From assembly GCA_030141605.1 (NCBI GenBank), contig JAQGDQ010000121.1, positions 124,001 to 188,000 of the forward strand: DNA of 64,000 nucleotides, in the 5' to 3' direction. The stretch comes from Tubiluchus corallicola (lineage: Eukaryota > Animalia > Priapulida). The position numbers and the translations under genes are program-made. Below are positions 1 to 12,000 of this stretch, one piece after another (within the stretch, counting starts at the first letter, position 1; every line of letters begins with the position of its first letter). The notes under the pieces were generated by a model. That model made no database searches. It was not told the origin of the DNA and saw nothing but the letters and a program-made list of their open reading frames with translations.

Positions 1-80
1 CATATTTATTAACATCGCTATAAAGTGTATTAACTACTAAACTAAATTTATAAATTTAGTAACGAAGTTTGCTGTCATAC

Positions 81-3000
81 CATCTTCGGCAATTGTCTTC
101 AGCTGGTAGGTAAGCGCTAAAAGAATATTCATAAGCACATAGACGTGCAGCGTCAGTCCATAATGTCGAACTACCTAAAACATAAACAGGTTATATTAAT
201 TAAAAAGAAACGCATAAGCATCAATACAGCAATAGGCAGCAGAGGAAAGCTTGTAGGGACTACAAGACAGGATAGAAATGTATGCAAAAAATGTACAACA
301 GCCCAAAAAGCTGCAGGATATAACAACTGCAGGATGTAAAGTAACATTGCAGTTGACTAAGCTGCATCATTGAATCTAGGTAAAAAATCACAGGTAAAAA
401 AGTCACAGGAAAAAAGGCACAGGAAAGAAACAAATATTCCTAACCCTAATCCTAACCCTAGTCAAAATTAATTGTGACTTTTTTCCTAGCCAAAATTGTG
501 ACTTTTTCCTTCGACTTTTTTCCTGTGGCTTTATTACTGGTCATCGTATGATTGTGGGTTAAATAAAAAACAAGTATTGTAGAATAAACATTGACTTACT
601 AGTTCATGAAAGAATAAATTTTAGATGCACAGAATTTATAACATTTAGCAGAGCTGCCATTAAAACAGATGTAATGAATATTTTCACTTCATAAGTATTT
701 TCAAGATTTTCGCTCACTTTGTGATTGATAATATCACTTATATTTTATATTACCATTAATATTTTACCAGTTATAAGAATTAATGTGAGGCCAAAGTAAC
801 TCAATATGAGGAATATGAAGTTTAATTATTCTACGGTAAGAAGAATTACGTAAAGATTCGCTACAGTAAAAAGAAACTCACAATGAACTATTAAAATGGA
901 AAAACTAATGAAATTAATACTTTAAGAAGCACTTTCTAAAGGCTCCTTAGATAAAGCAGCAAGCGTATATGAGCACTAGTAAAGATTAACTCTGGTAAAA
1001 AATTAAGCAAGCATTCTTAGAAAATTAACAATAGAATTAAGTATAAAGCAAAAAACTTAAATGAGTGTTTGCAAACCAAAACCATCTATAAGACGGCATA
1101 GATAAAACTACGTTACCATGTTTCAAAGTAGAATGCACCAAAATTTTGGTGTAATGTCAATTTTTTTGTTTTTTATAAAATATATTGGACTTTTATATTC
1201 TAGCATCAAATTATCAATAAAATGTACAAAAAATACTAAAAATTTAATTTTATAACCCAGAGCCCATTTCTCTGTCTAGAAACTAGTACTGGAATTGCAA
1301 AAAACTTGTATTTTGAAACTCAGATAGTAGCTCGTGGAAGCAGTCATTTCGCTTTGGATCTTTTCTGTTGACAAGCCCAAATCTTCGCCAGGAAGAGTCA
1401 TCTACTGGATTTAAACAAAACTTCAATGTGCTCTTGCAAAGTAACCACACATTCGTACGGATGGTAAGTGTTTTATGGAGATGCGACAAAAAAGAATGGC
1501 TGACTTTAACAGCAATTTTCTCAAGATCACGTTTTTCAGTGCGCAGCATGCACCTCAACTTCTATGTGAATTATCTCAGCTTAGAAATAACGTAGAGCGA
1601 TGAGCTTGATATCAAAATGATCATCATGAAATGGAGATTCAGGGTGTGTGAATAACTAGAGAAAACTTAATTGCTGACTTATGGAGGATTTTGCTATGCA
1701 AGCACACAAATAGTTAAATTGATATAATGTGGTATTGATGGAATAAAACCACAATTAATTTAAATTTTTAAAACAAAACTAACTTAAACTGTCTTTCAAG
1801 TAAGTTTGGTTTCGAAAACTTCAACTGTGGGTTCGTCCATTATTAATAATAATCTTGAAATAAAAATTATAAATAATTTTTTAACCATACATGAAACATT
1901 TCAGAATCAAAATTAGAATAAAATAAAATAATTTTAATTCATTAGTGTTACTTCAACATGAGTGAACTAATCTAGGAAATTCTTAATTGGCCGGTCAGGT
2001 AAGAGTTCAAGAACCTTTCAAGATCGCTGGGGTACGGTTGCCTAGCTCTAGCGGTCATGGCATCTGCCAGATGAGCAGAAGGTCTCTGGTTCAAATCTAG
2101 CCATCGTGCTTTCAGAAAGTCTGACCCAAGCCTACTGGGGTGCTTTAATTCTGGTATGAAGTTCAAAATCAATGCTAAAGCCAGGAAACACAAAACATAG
2201 TTTCCAAACATTATTTCAAAAAGTGAGTTGACAGATTGTATTCTAATTTGGCTTACCTGTCCAAATGCTTCCTGGGGCGAAGACTGAATCGTAATCTCAT
2301 ACTGACACTTTGGATGGAGCCACATTTCTAATTGCACCTTTCTAGGAGAGTCTTCAGGCATTGGTGTTTGAAGTCTTAATGTAATGTTACCTCCATCTTG
2401 TTGTCTGCAAAGCAATTTCACTAATGAGTTTCAGAAAACAAGATCCAGATTTCTGCAAACTGTATTAAGCATTAAGAAAATAAAGAAAAAAAACAGACAC
2501 ATCAAAAGAGACAATAAAATGCTACTTAAGTAAAAAGACAATGCCGAGAAAATGACAACTTACTGTATAAGGGAATATTCAGTCTGACTGCTCCATGGTA
2601 CACGCATCTTCATAACACCAATGTTCTCTGTGCAATGATAAAAAATGAAACATAAAATCCAGAAATTAACAACTCCACAAATCATCAGCTCAACAAATAA
2701 AAGTTTTATGTGTTTTTGATGCCTGCCCTTCAGTTTGGTGACTGATATATTTATCAATATTACATCAGGGTGTCAACAGATTAGTATGCCAACAAATTAT
2801 GATAAATTTCAACATAGTTCTACATTCACATTCATTTCAAATATTTCATTTTTTTATATTTTAAACTTTAGTATATTTGCCTACCAGTTATTAGCCATTT
2901 CCATACAACCTATTTTCTTTTTATTCACTACTCATTTCCCAGAATAGCAAGTCACTATGTTTAGGACAGTTATTTAAAAATTATCGTTTTTTTTCTAAAA

Positions 3001-6000
3001 CTGTAACCAATGTCCCAAAAGATTAATGTCTTACGGGCTGTATAGCATGGGAAATTTTTTTTTAGAAAAACATTTTTAAGTGTTTTTATTTATTGTACCA
3101 AGATGTATTGTACAAAGAACTCAAACTCTCCTATTACAGTTTTGAAGCAATCTCTTCACATAAAAAATCTTTGCTGTATACAGTTGAACAAAGTAAATAA
3201 GGTAACTCAAATAAATGCATATCTAAGCAAAGCAAATAATTTGTAAGAAAACTAATGTTAGGTGTTCATTAAACTTAGTATGCAAACACAAATGTTTATA
3301 ATAGCCAAAAATCAATATTTGCAAAGAGAAACCATTCTTATGAAAACACCTCCACATCATAAGGAGATATAACCAACATAAGTGCAATTCTTATTGAACT
3401 ATAACCATGGCAGCCATCTATGTTGATTATGTTGCACAAACAGTCATATTTATAGGGCATTGTACAAGTAGTTAAATTGTAGTTACAGAAAAAAGGTATA
3501 AAAAATCATGCAGGAAAGATACAAAAAATATAGCAAAAAATCAATAATGGCATGACCACGTCAAACTGGTTTTAGTTATTACCAACATCTTGGAAGCATT
3601 ATTAATCATTGTTTAACTTTGTTAGGAAAAATCCAAGAGCAAAAGTGGTAAAAGCAAAACATGAATTACAAACACTACAATTTTAATGATATAAAACTTG
3701 TGTGCCAACATTCGAAAAAAAATCATTCATATTTTCATTATTGATTATTCTCCAAAACAAAGTAAAAGCTGTGAATTTAATAAACCTTTATATGTTTATA
3801 CCATAAATTGACAATCTCTGTCAAAATCATTAAAATTAAACCACCCTTCAAACCAAGTAAAAGAAATAACTATAAATTTCATAGATTGATATCTTATGTT
3901 TGTTTGACTGTGACAAAAAGATTGAATTAACTTTGCGACGGCTCTTAGTTATAACCTACATTACAAAATGATTCAAGAGTTAGTCAAACAGACAATATCA
4001 CTGATTCATGCCCTCGTTTTGGAACAACAACGGCGACAAAATTGATTAAGGTATTTGATTGGAGCTCAAATTTATCAAAAGAGGAAGTTAGGGAAGTTAT
4101 TCTGTATCTAGTGCTAGTCTTGCATGGCAACAGACGTGGGCATTGAATCACAGGAAGTAATAACCTGGCACTTCCTGTCCCTGATGGGAATCTGCGAATG
4201 TATAAACGTCAGTACAATATAGTATAAATGATGCAGGTGATGATGAACAATTCAAACTTTGAATGTAATCATCGGTCACACAAAGTTTACTTTTGGTTAC
4301 TAGAAAGAAAATTGATATTGCCAGTGCAGACTTATGACTCAGATTAAACACCAACATAGTGAACATACAATAGTCAATATTTGTGTTCTTGTAATTTGAT
4401 TGGTGCTTTTGTAATTATTGAAGCATGGGGCCAATGTACGTCACAGATGCCGATCAGGCAGGACTTATGAACATTGCAGCATTAACAGTTAACACTACGG
4501 ACTATGTGCAACCAAATTTTACATTAGATGCTAGCTTGGAGAAAAACAGCACAATGTCAGTGGGTGCAGTAATAGTAGCATCTTTGTTCACCATAATCAA
4601 TTTTAGCGTGATTGTAGTCGGAAATTCACTTATCATCGCAGCCGTGGTGCAGCACCATTATTTGCGAACGCCGTGTAGATTACTAATAGCTAACCTAGCA
4701 CTAGCTGACTGCCTTGTGGGTGCTGGACTCATTCCATATATCTTTGTAGTTTTACAAAATCTAGGATTTACTATGTATTCATCCACAGGTATGAAAATTT
4801 CTTGTCTATTTGCTGAGGGACTGTTACAATTGGCTTGTGGTGCATCTTACTGTAGCATGTTTCTTATTGCACTGGATAGATATTGTTCAGTAGCATTTCC
4901 TATGCAGCACATTCGCGTGGTTACTGCGCCTCGTACACTACACCTTATGGTGGCTGGATGGGCATATTCTGGGATTTGGGTAGCGGCTATGATCGCTCCT
5001 AACTGGAACAGTGAAATCGAGTTGTGTACTTACAACGTAGTGTTCCCTCTATGGTTGAGAATATTAAACATGGTACATGCCGCAGGTTTGTTTATCTTAA
5101 CAACCACACTGTATGCTAGACTGTTCATTCTTTACAAAAGCAGAACGAAAGAAATATTGCAAACAGACGACAGACAAAGTACCTTTTATGTGGAACCACC
5201 AAAAGAGACAACAGCTGTCATGTCAGCCATCGCAAGTGCTGCTGAGCGATTTGAAAGAGAAAAGAAAAGAAGCAGGCAGATAGCCGTTTCTGTAGCCATT
5301 ATAACAGGTTTATTCTTTTTGCTGTGGATGCCATTTTTTGTAGTAACGACTCTGGGACAGACAACAATGGATTACGAAAAAGCAACTGTTGTCACATTTT
5401 ACATTGCTTCACTGAACAGTGGAACAAATCCATTTGTTTATGCTTGGAAAGTACAAGACTTCAGGGATACCATCAAGAAAATGATAACCTGTCAGAGCAA
5501 ATCATAAACTGCAATTTCGTGCCAGAGCAATGGCAAAGAGAATGTCAGTGTAAACTACAGTTAATTTTACTGACATCAACAATAGACTTAGACATATGTT
5601 GTTCTACATTGCCAAACGTATGAATTGTCCATATCAGTTGAGTGAATTGAGTAAGGTTAAGATGGACAAAATGACTGGATTTGAATGTGTGAAGAAACAA
5701 CAAAAACATCCTTAAAGATATGGCAAAAAAGTAAGCAAAAATTGCCATATAGTGCATGATAAAGTGGAAACAATGATTACGTATACACTAAACATTTTAG
5801 TCAGCACAACAAGAAGGTGGTGCTGAAAGTAAGCAAAAGTGGCTACACTAATGAAGGAGCCAGCCACAAAATGCTTTACAACCATTTTTTAGATACAAAA
5901 AGCCCTTTTAAAAGTCTGATGACTTAGCGTTTCAGCTAATAAAAGACGTGCCTCTACAGCTTTGTGTTTATTACCTTATAATGTCATAACCTATGAAACT

Positions 6001-9000
6001 TAATTTTAGAAGCATTATTCAAAAAGTACACTTTGGTGGTTGCTATGCTTATATCAACACAAAAATGTAATTGTGCACATATATATATGTACAGTACATT
6101 TATATATTCCGTAATAAATTTATTACTTAAAAATAGCAAGCAAAAAAGTATATAATGCTAATAAAAGCTTGTTGAATTGAAAATTACTTTATCTGGATCT
6201 CATTGCAAGCTTTTATAAGCACTAGGGTTACCATCTTGCCACAGAAAGCTATTGCTCAACTGTGCAGGGTAAAAGATAGGACAAAAAAATACATTACGCT
6301 GACTGACAAAAAATATAATAGTATACATACAGTATAAATATATACGGTATAAAACAGTAACTTTGTGAGAAGAATGACGATTGAACGATGAATGAAGAAC
6401 AAATAAAGACATTAATTTTTGTTACCTTTACCAGTCAATTTTTCACATGACCGAGCTTTTACTTTAATAGTCACAGCTTGTGTTACAGCCTCTAGTTGAG
6501 CCACTGAAATGTTGTAGTAAAGTTGACCTTGCGTAAGATTTAACACCGAGTAGCTGTTTAAAAATGTCCAGAAATTTGGCGCTTTTATCACACCCAATCT
6601 TTCACCGCCGCTGATATGTTCAGCCCATACATCCACCTACAAAACACCATTAATTTTAATGTAAAAACAAGATACTGATACTTACGTTAGCAACTAATAA
6701 GAGGTTACTGAATACCTATTAAAAAAGCAATCACTGTACTACGAGGGCAAGGTTGCTAGCTTGCTAATGCAAAGAACAATGCATTGTGCCAGAATGATGT
6801 ACATTATATTAGTTGTCAAGTTATCCAGCAAATTATCAAATGTAAAGATGGTTTTTGCAAAATACCTACCTGTGTGTCTGACTTATCCACCAGGATAATA
6901 AAGGTGTTATAATAAGGCGCAAGATCTGTAACATTGAGATAAGCCACTTTTCTCCACTTTCCTTTCTCTACTGGTAGTAGCTGAGACTTCTGGGAAAGAT
7001 TCGTTGCAAACCGACTAAACACAATATTTACAGTGAAGATTTTATAATGCTGAGATTTACCATCAAAAATGTCGCACGATTTCATACAAAGTAGTTCAGG
7101 GCAATGTCCACATACATATCTTTACTAACCATGCGCCGCAAGTAGATTTTCCACAAACCCAACATAATGACTATAATTTTTCTACTAATTTATTATCTTT
7201 TTAAAAACAGTTTTTCAAATAAGAGATGCAAGAAACTTGAAATTATACATTTTTGGTATTTGTGAAACATATTTGTAGACTTTTTTCTTTCTGTGGTTAC
7301 TTGCTTTAAGTAGCATCCTGAAGGAGTTTTTACTAAACAAATGACACTTTACAAAAATTTTTTGCTAAAAATTAAACTATAAAGCTTAGAATTTTTACCA
7401 TTTTAGTGGAGTAGGTTTCTCTTCTAGCTTGTCCTTCGTGGCTTCTGTGTCATTTTTTATCATGCAGGCATACAGCCAGTTATCGGCATGCATCTAAAAA
7501 TTAGTTAATCACTAACTTACTTTCAGAAACTACAAATATCAAATGTCATGCCATTTGAACCAAATTAGTGTTCTTTGAAGGGCACTACAGGACTGCAATT
7601 TGTACAGATCAAAATTTTGGGCCCTTTTTGCTGATTAAAAGTTACTGATGTTAGTTAGATTAAACAGATTTTTTACCTTGCTGACTCAACTTTTTTCTTC
7701 TATCAGTTATGTCCCACTAAAATGACATTTCCATTAGTAAGAAGCAGAAATTCACTGGTTTTTGATTCCTGACTACTCACCTTTCCCCTTTAAGCTTAAA
7801 TCAAATCTAATAACCTATAAAGTGAGTTTATCAGTCTATCGAAGCACATCATATTTGCTTATTCACTTTGAATGAATAAAACTGTGTATATTCCACTGTG
7901 TTATTTTTGTTCTTATATTAAGATACTTTCCCACTCCTAGCATGTATTTATTTGGTTACAAAACTAAACTTGTTTTTAATATGTACAATCTGTCTATGTA
8001 CTTATGTACTTATCCATCTATAAGCACAATGCTTAAAAATCTATTAAGATTCTCTAGTAAGTTTGTTCCTTTGGTATAATATAGGTAATGGCTATTTACT
8101 AGATTTGCTAAATATAGATAACTCATTATAATCTCGTTAGTTAGTGGAACAACAAACACACGAAGCATGCTGAAGTTCCATCAATTTGTATAACTGTTCT
8201 TGGAAATATGATTGTTTACTTTTTTGGATATATCAAATCTTGCAAATTCATCCTTCAGTGACATTGATTGAAACCAACACTGCTTATGGATATTATGAAT
8301 ATATCATACATGCCTGACTAGTTGACACTATTAATGTATTGATCCCATCAGACGACTTCATAGGCACTTCAATATACCTGGCTTGATTCACCTGTAAATC
8401 AATTTAAAAACAGTGATACTGTTCACAATAAAACCCTGGCTTGATTCATCAGTAAATAAATTTAAAAACTGTTATATTGTTACAAAATAAAACATTATTT
8501 TCCCACGGGTACACGTTTTTTGTTGTATGTTGAACATCTCTGACCAGCAACAAATTAAGGAATTCTGTTTTTTATCAGAGTTGCTTTTTACTGATTCATG
8601 TAGGGAAACATATCAATTATCATGAATTTAGGTAACTGAAGCTACAGAAAAGTTATAGGCGATTTTACTTTTTTTCTAGAAAACATCCACTGAAAATCAG
8701 TTTCTTTTTGCCAAGCATTAGAAGAATTAAGTTCGATCACTTCTTGAATTCCTTGGAAATGTTTTGGGCCAAAGTTCTCCTCAAAATGATGTCGCAATAT
8801 CTTCATTTTTTCAAAAGTATTCTTCCTAATCTACAAAGGTAAAGACAATAAAAATACAAGTGTAATGTAATTTAATATAATACAATTTGACAAATGAAGT
8901 TACTATACAGCTAAAACGCTATTCAAATTACATGTAAAATATTATTTTTAAGTACATTATATTACTTCACAAAATTATTAATGATGGAACAAATGCATAA

Positions 9001-12000
9001 TTAATTGAAATTTTTGAAGTCAGAATTCCTTGAAAATAGCCTTGAACCAGCGACCTTTTACTTACTTTACTTACTTAGACGTCACAACTGCTAGATACCA
9101 TGTCCCGAACAATCGTTCTGCACTTCCCACACTAATTTACTAATATAACTGATTAGATCAATTTTAGTTTTGTTTAATTTTGAGACTGAATTCTTAACTT
9201 TTTAACATTTCCTGTCTTTCATGTAAGTTTGGTTTTAAAGATTTCAATTAACTGTGGATATGTTCTCTCAATTACAATATAGGCATGTTATATGTTTTGC
9301 ATAAACTGTTTTATTTGACATTGTTAAGATATAATTTAAAAGAGTATTTATATTAATACAAACTTACACCTAGCTTGACATCCGGCACTAAATCAAATAA
9401 GGCACGCTCAGTGGCCAGTACTAATTCATTACACCAGACAATACACAGATGATCAGTGGATGCCCAAACTTTTGCTACAGCAGGAGACTACAGCAAAAAT
9501 AAGCAAACAATGAACAAAAAATTGCATGTTTAAGAACTGACAGTCAATTATATTAAATGGCTATATATTAGAAAAACAAATTAAATAGAAAAATGACAAT
9601 TTACCAGTTTGGTTAAACAGTAAAAAAGTTAAATAAACCAAGAAAGCTTTTAGCAGGTTTATAATTAATAAAACATTTTTCAACAAACAAAATACCATAT
9701 GCTGGTTACATGCATAAAATGTGAGATAGGTACAGCATTTAGATAATTAACACCAACCTGTGTGCTGATGGCATTTTTATCAGCTACGATCTTACTCAAC
9801 ATCGTAAGTTGGTCAGGCATCATCCTGTCTCTGTAACCACCAGCAACAGAAACCATGGCGACGTGTTTGACGGTATCGTTGATGTGGTCCCGCCAGAATT
9901 TGTTGACTTTTGCGAAATAGTAATTCATATAAAAATCGAGCATCAGTACTGAAATATAACAGAAGGTCATCGTGGCTTATCTTGGTTTTTTCTTTAACTT
10001 TTAAGTAAAAAACTTGTAAAATATGTTGAAGTAATTCACATCAATGTTGACAAAGAAGACAATGAAAGGGACAACTATAAAAAGAATAATCAAAAGCATC
10101 GTGCTTTTGAAAAGGAAATAACCTGGTGCTTGATGAGGTGCAGCTTGTGTTATGATCAGTTCAACCTGACGTGAGTCAAAGCTTGGCTGAGTGAAGAGTG
10201 CTCTAGCTATGAAACCACCCTGAAAAGCACAAATAATATAAATTACAAAATGCATTTTCTAAAACTACACAGTCTTTGGTTTATGTTCATTTAATAAGTG
10301 TAAAACTACTGTAGGCCTACAGGAAAGTTGTATCGACGTTTGAAGTGTTTGTCTCGCCACCAAAAGTTTTTCAAATTTATTAGATTTATATTTAATATCT
10401 AAGCTTATCTACTAGACTTATCATTCAGAAACTGAAAAGTATAAATATAAAAAAGCCTTACCATAGAATGGCCAACTAATATCACAGACGATGGAGGATG
10501 ATACGTCTTCCATTCATATAATTGTAGAATTTTCTCTACGCAGTGCTGTATAAATGCTGTTTGGTCTTTCAGAATTCCACCATATAAGCCAGACAATTCC
10601 TATTTAATACGAATTACAAGTTATTTAAAAAATGAAGCAACAAAGGTGTTTACTTAAAGAACTTGCATATCCTAGTGTGTCCTGATTAATAGATGCAATC
10701 ACCGTGATTTATCAAAGCAATTTAGTACAACTTACTATACAGCCCACTTAAATAAACATTTGACAAATGCAAGCTAAATCGACAAAATAACATAATCAGA
10801 TATCCCTACCTCATTTAAGTCGGTAGCAAAATAGTTAAATCGCCATTTTATCCCTGCATGCTTGGCCTTAGTAAGTGCGACAGAACCAAGTGATCTGACT
10901 ATGAAACAAATATTAGATAGTATGATAAGTTACCAGCAGAGACATATTTTTATCTGCACAAACACACATAATAAGTAACACAACTTTTACAAATAATACT
11001 AATTAAAAAACAAAGGTGCAACATAGCATGCATATATATTAAAAATAAAAATTTAGTTTTAACATTTAAACTTACTTGTAAAGTAATACTAAGTTTAATT
11101 TCACATTCGCACCCTGTTACATGCATTTCGCCATTCGCTAGTTAGACGAACAACAGCACCTGCATCTCGGAGAAAGAACGAGTGCTGTACTCGGTTCATT
11201 TCTCAGTTCATTTATAATGTATGGCACATGCTTATGGTGAAATTGCATAATGACATAAAGGTAAGCTTGGAATTTAAATGTGTAAACATAAATTTGACCA
11301 GCTTTTATATATGACAATATGTATGGCAACGTTGTACAGTAGCACTGTACTTTAATTTTCGCTTTTGCACACATGCGCAACATGCTCATAAAGTGTTTGC
11401 ACTGTTGATAATTCATGTTCCATTCTGATATCTTCACATAAAATTATCATACATCATTCAGTTATCAGAAGCACTTTGGCATTATTATAGCAGTTAAAAC
11501 GTATATTTTTTACTGTACTTCAAAATATAGGCGGATATGAAAAATCATCCTGTTTTCCTTTACACTCCAGTCTCACCTACAGAAAAACCTAACTGCAAAC
11601 TGAAAAATTGGCCAGGTCTCCATCAGTTTGCAATGAGATCTTCTAGATCTTAGTGACAACACAATTGAAACAGGTAAGAATTCATTATAGTCTTAAAGAT
11701 TTTCATGGCTGCAGAAAAATTTATAGCATGTTCAATGTCATTGCCGAGAGATTGCAGAAGGAATACATCACTGCAGAAACACAATATGGGTGTGATTGGG
11801 ACTAAAGTCTTATTTCATACTTGTTTGTTTGTGTGTGCATTACACTTTTAATACGATGTCACTATACTTATAGCAACTGTAGTTTAGCAGGGAGAAAGCC
11901 AGTGACAGCATTAAAGAAGTAATTCTTTTTTATTTTGCTATTCGGAGACCTGGTCACGATCAACAAGAAGGAGGCTTTAAGCTTCTGTAAACTAAACATA

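Noticed and set aside
1283-1595. Overlapping 91-aa and 75-aa ORFs in a PGAP1 intron
   Set aside because: No recognisable motif and not needed for the PGAP1 frame. Likely repeat-derived.
7781-7814. Exon-like segment on the minus strand (tag|...|gtgagt) inside the GC-AG intron
   Set aside because: 34 nt (or 26 nt with the other acceptor). It gives a stop or a frameshift in the phases tested, so it is not a coding PGAP1 exon. At most a poison exon.
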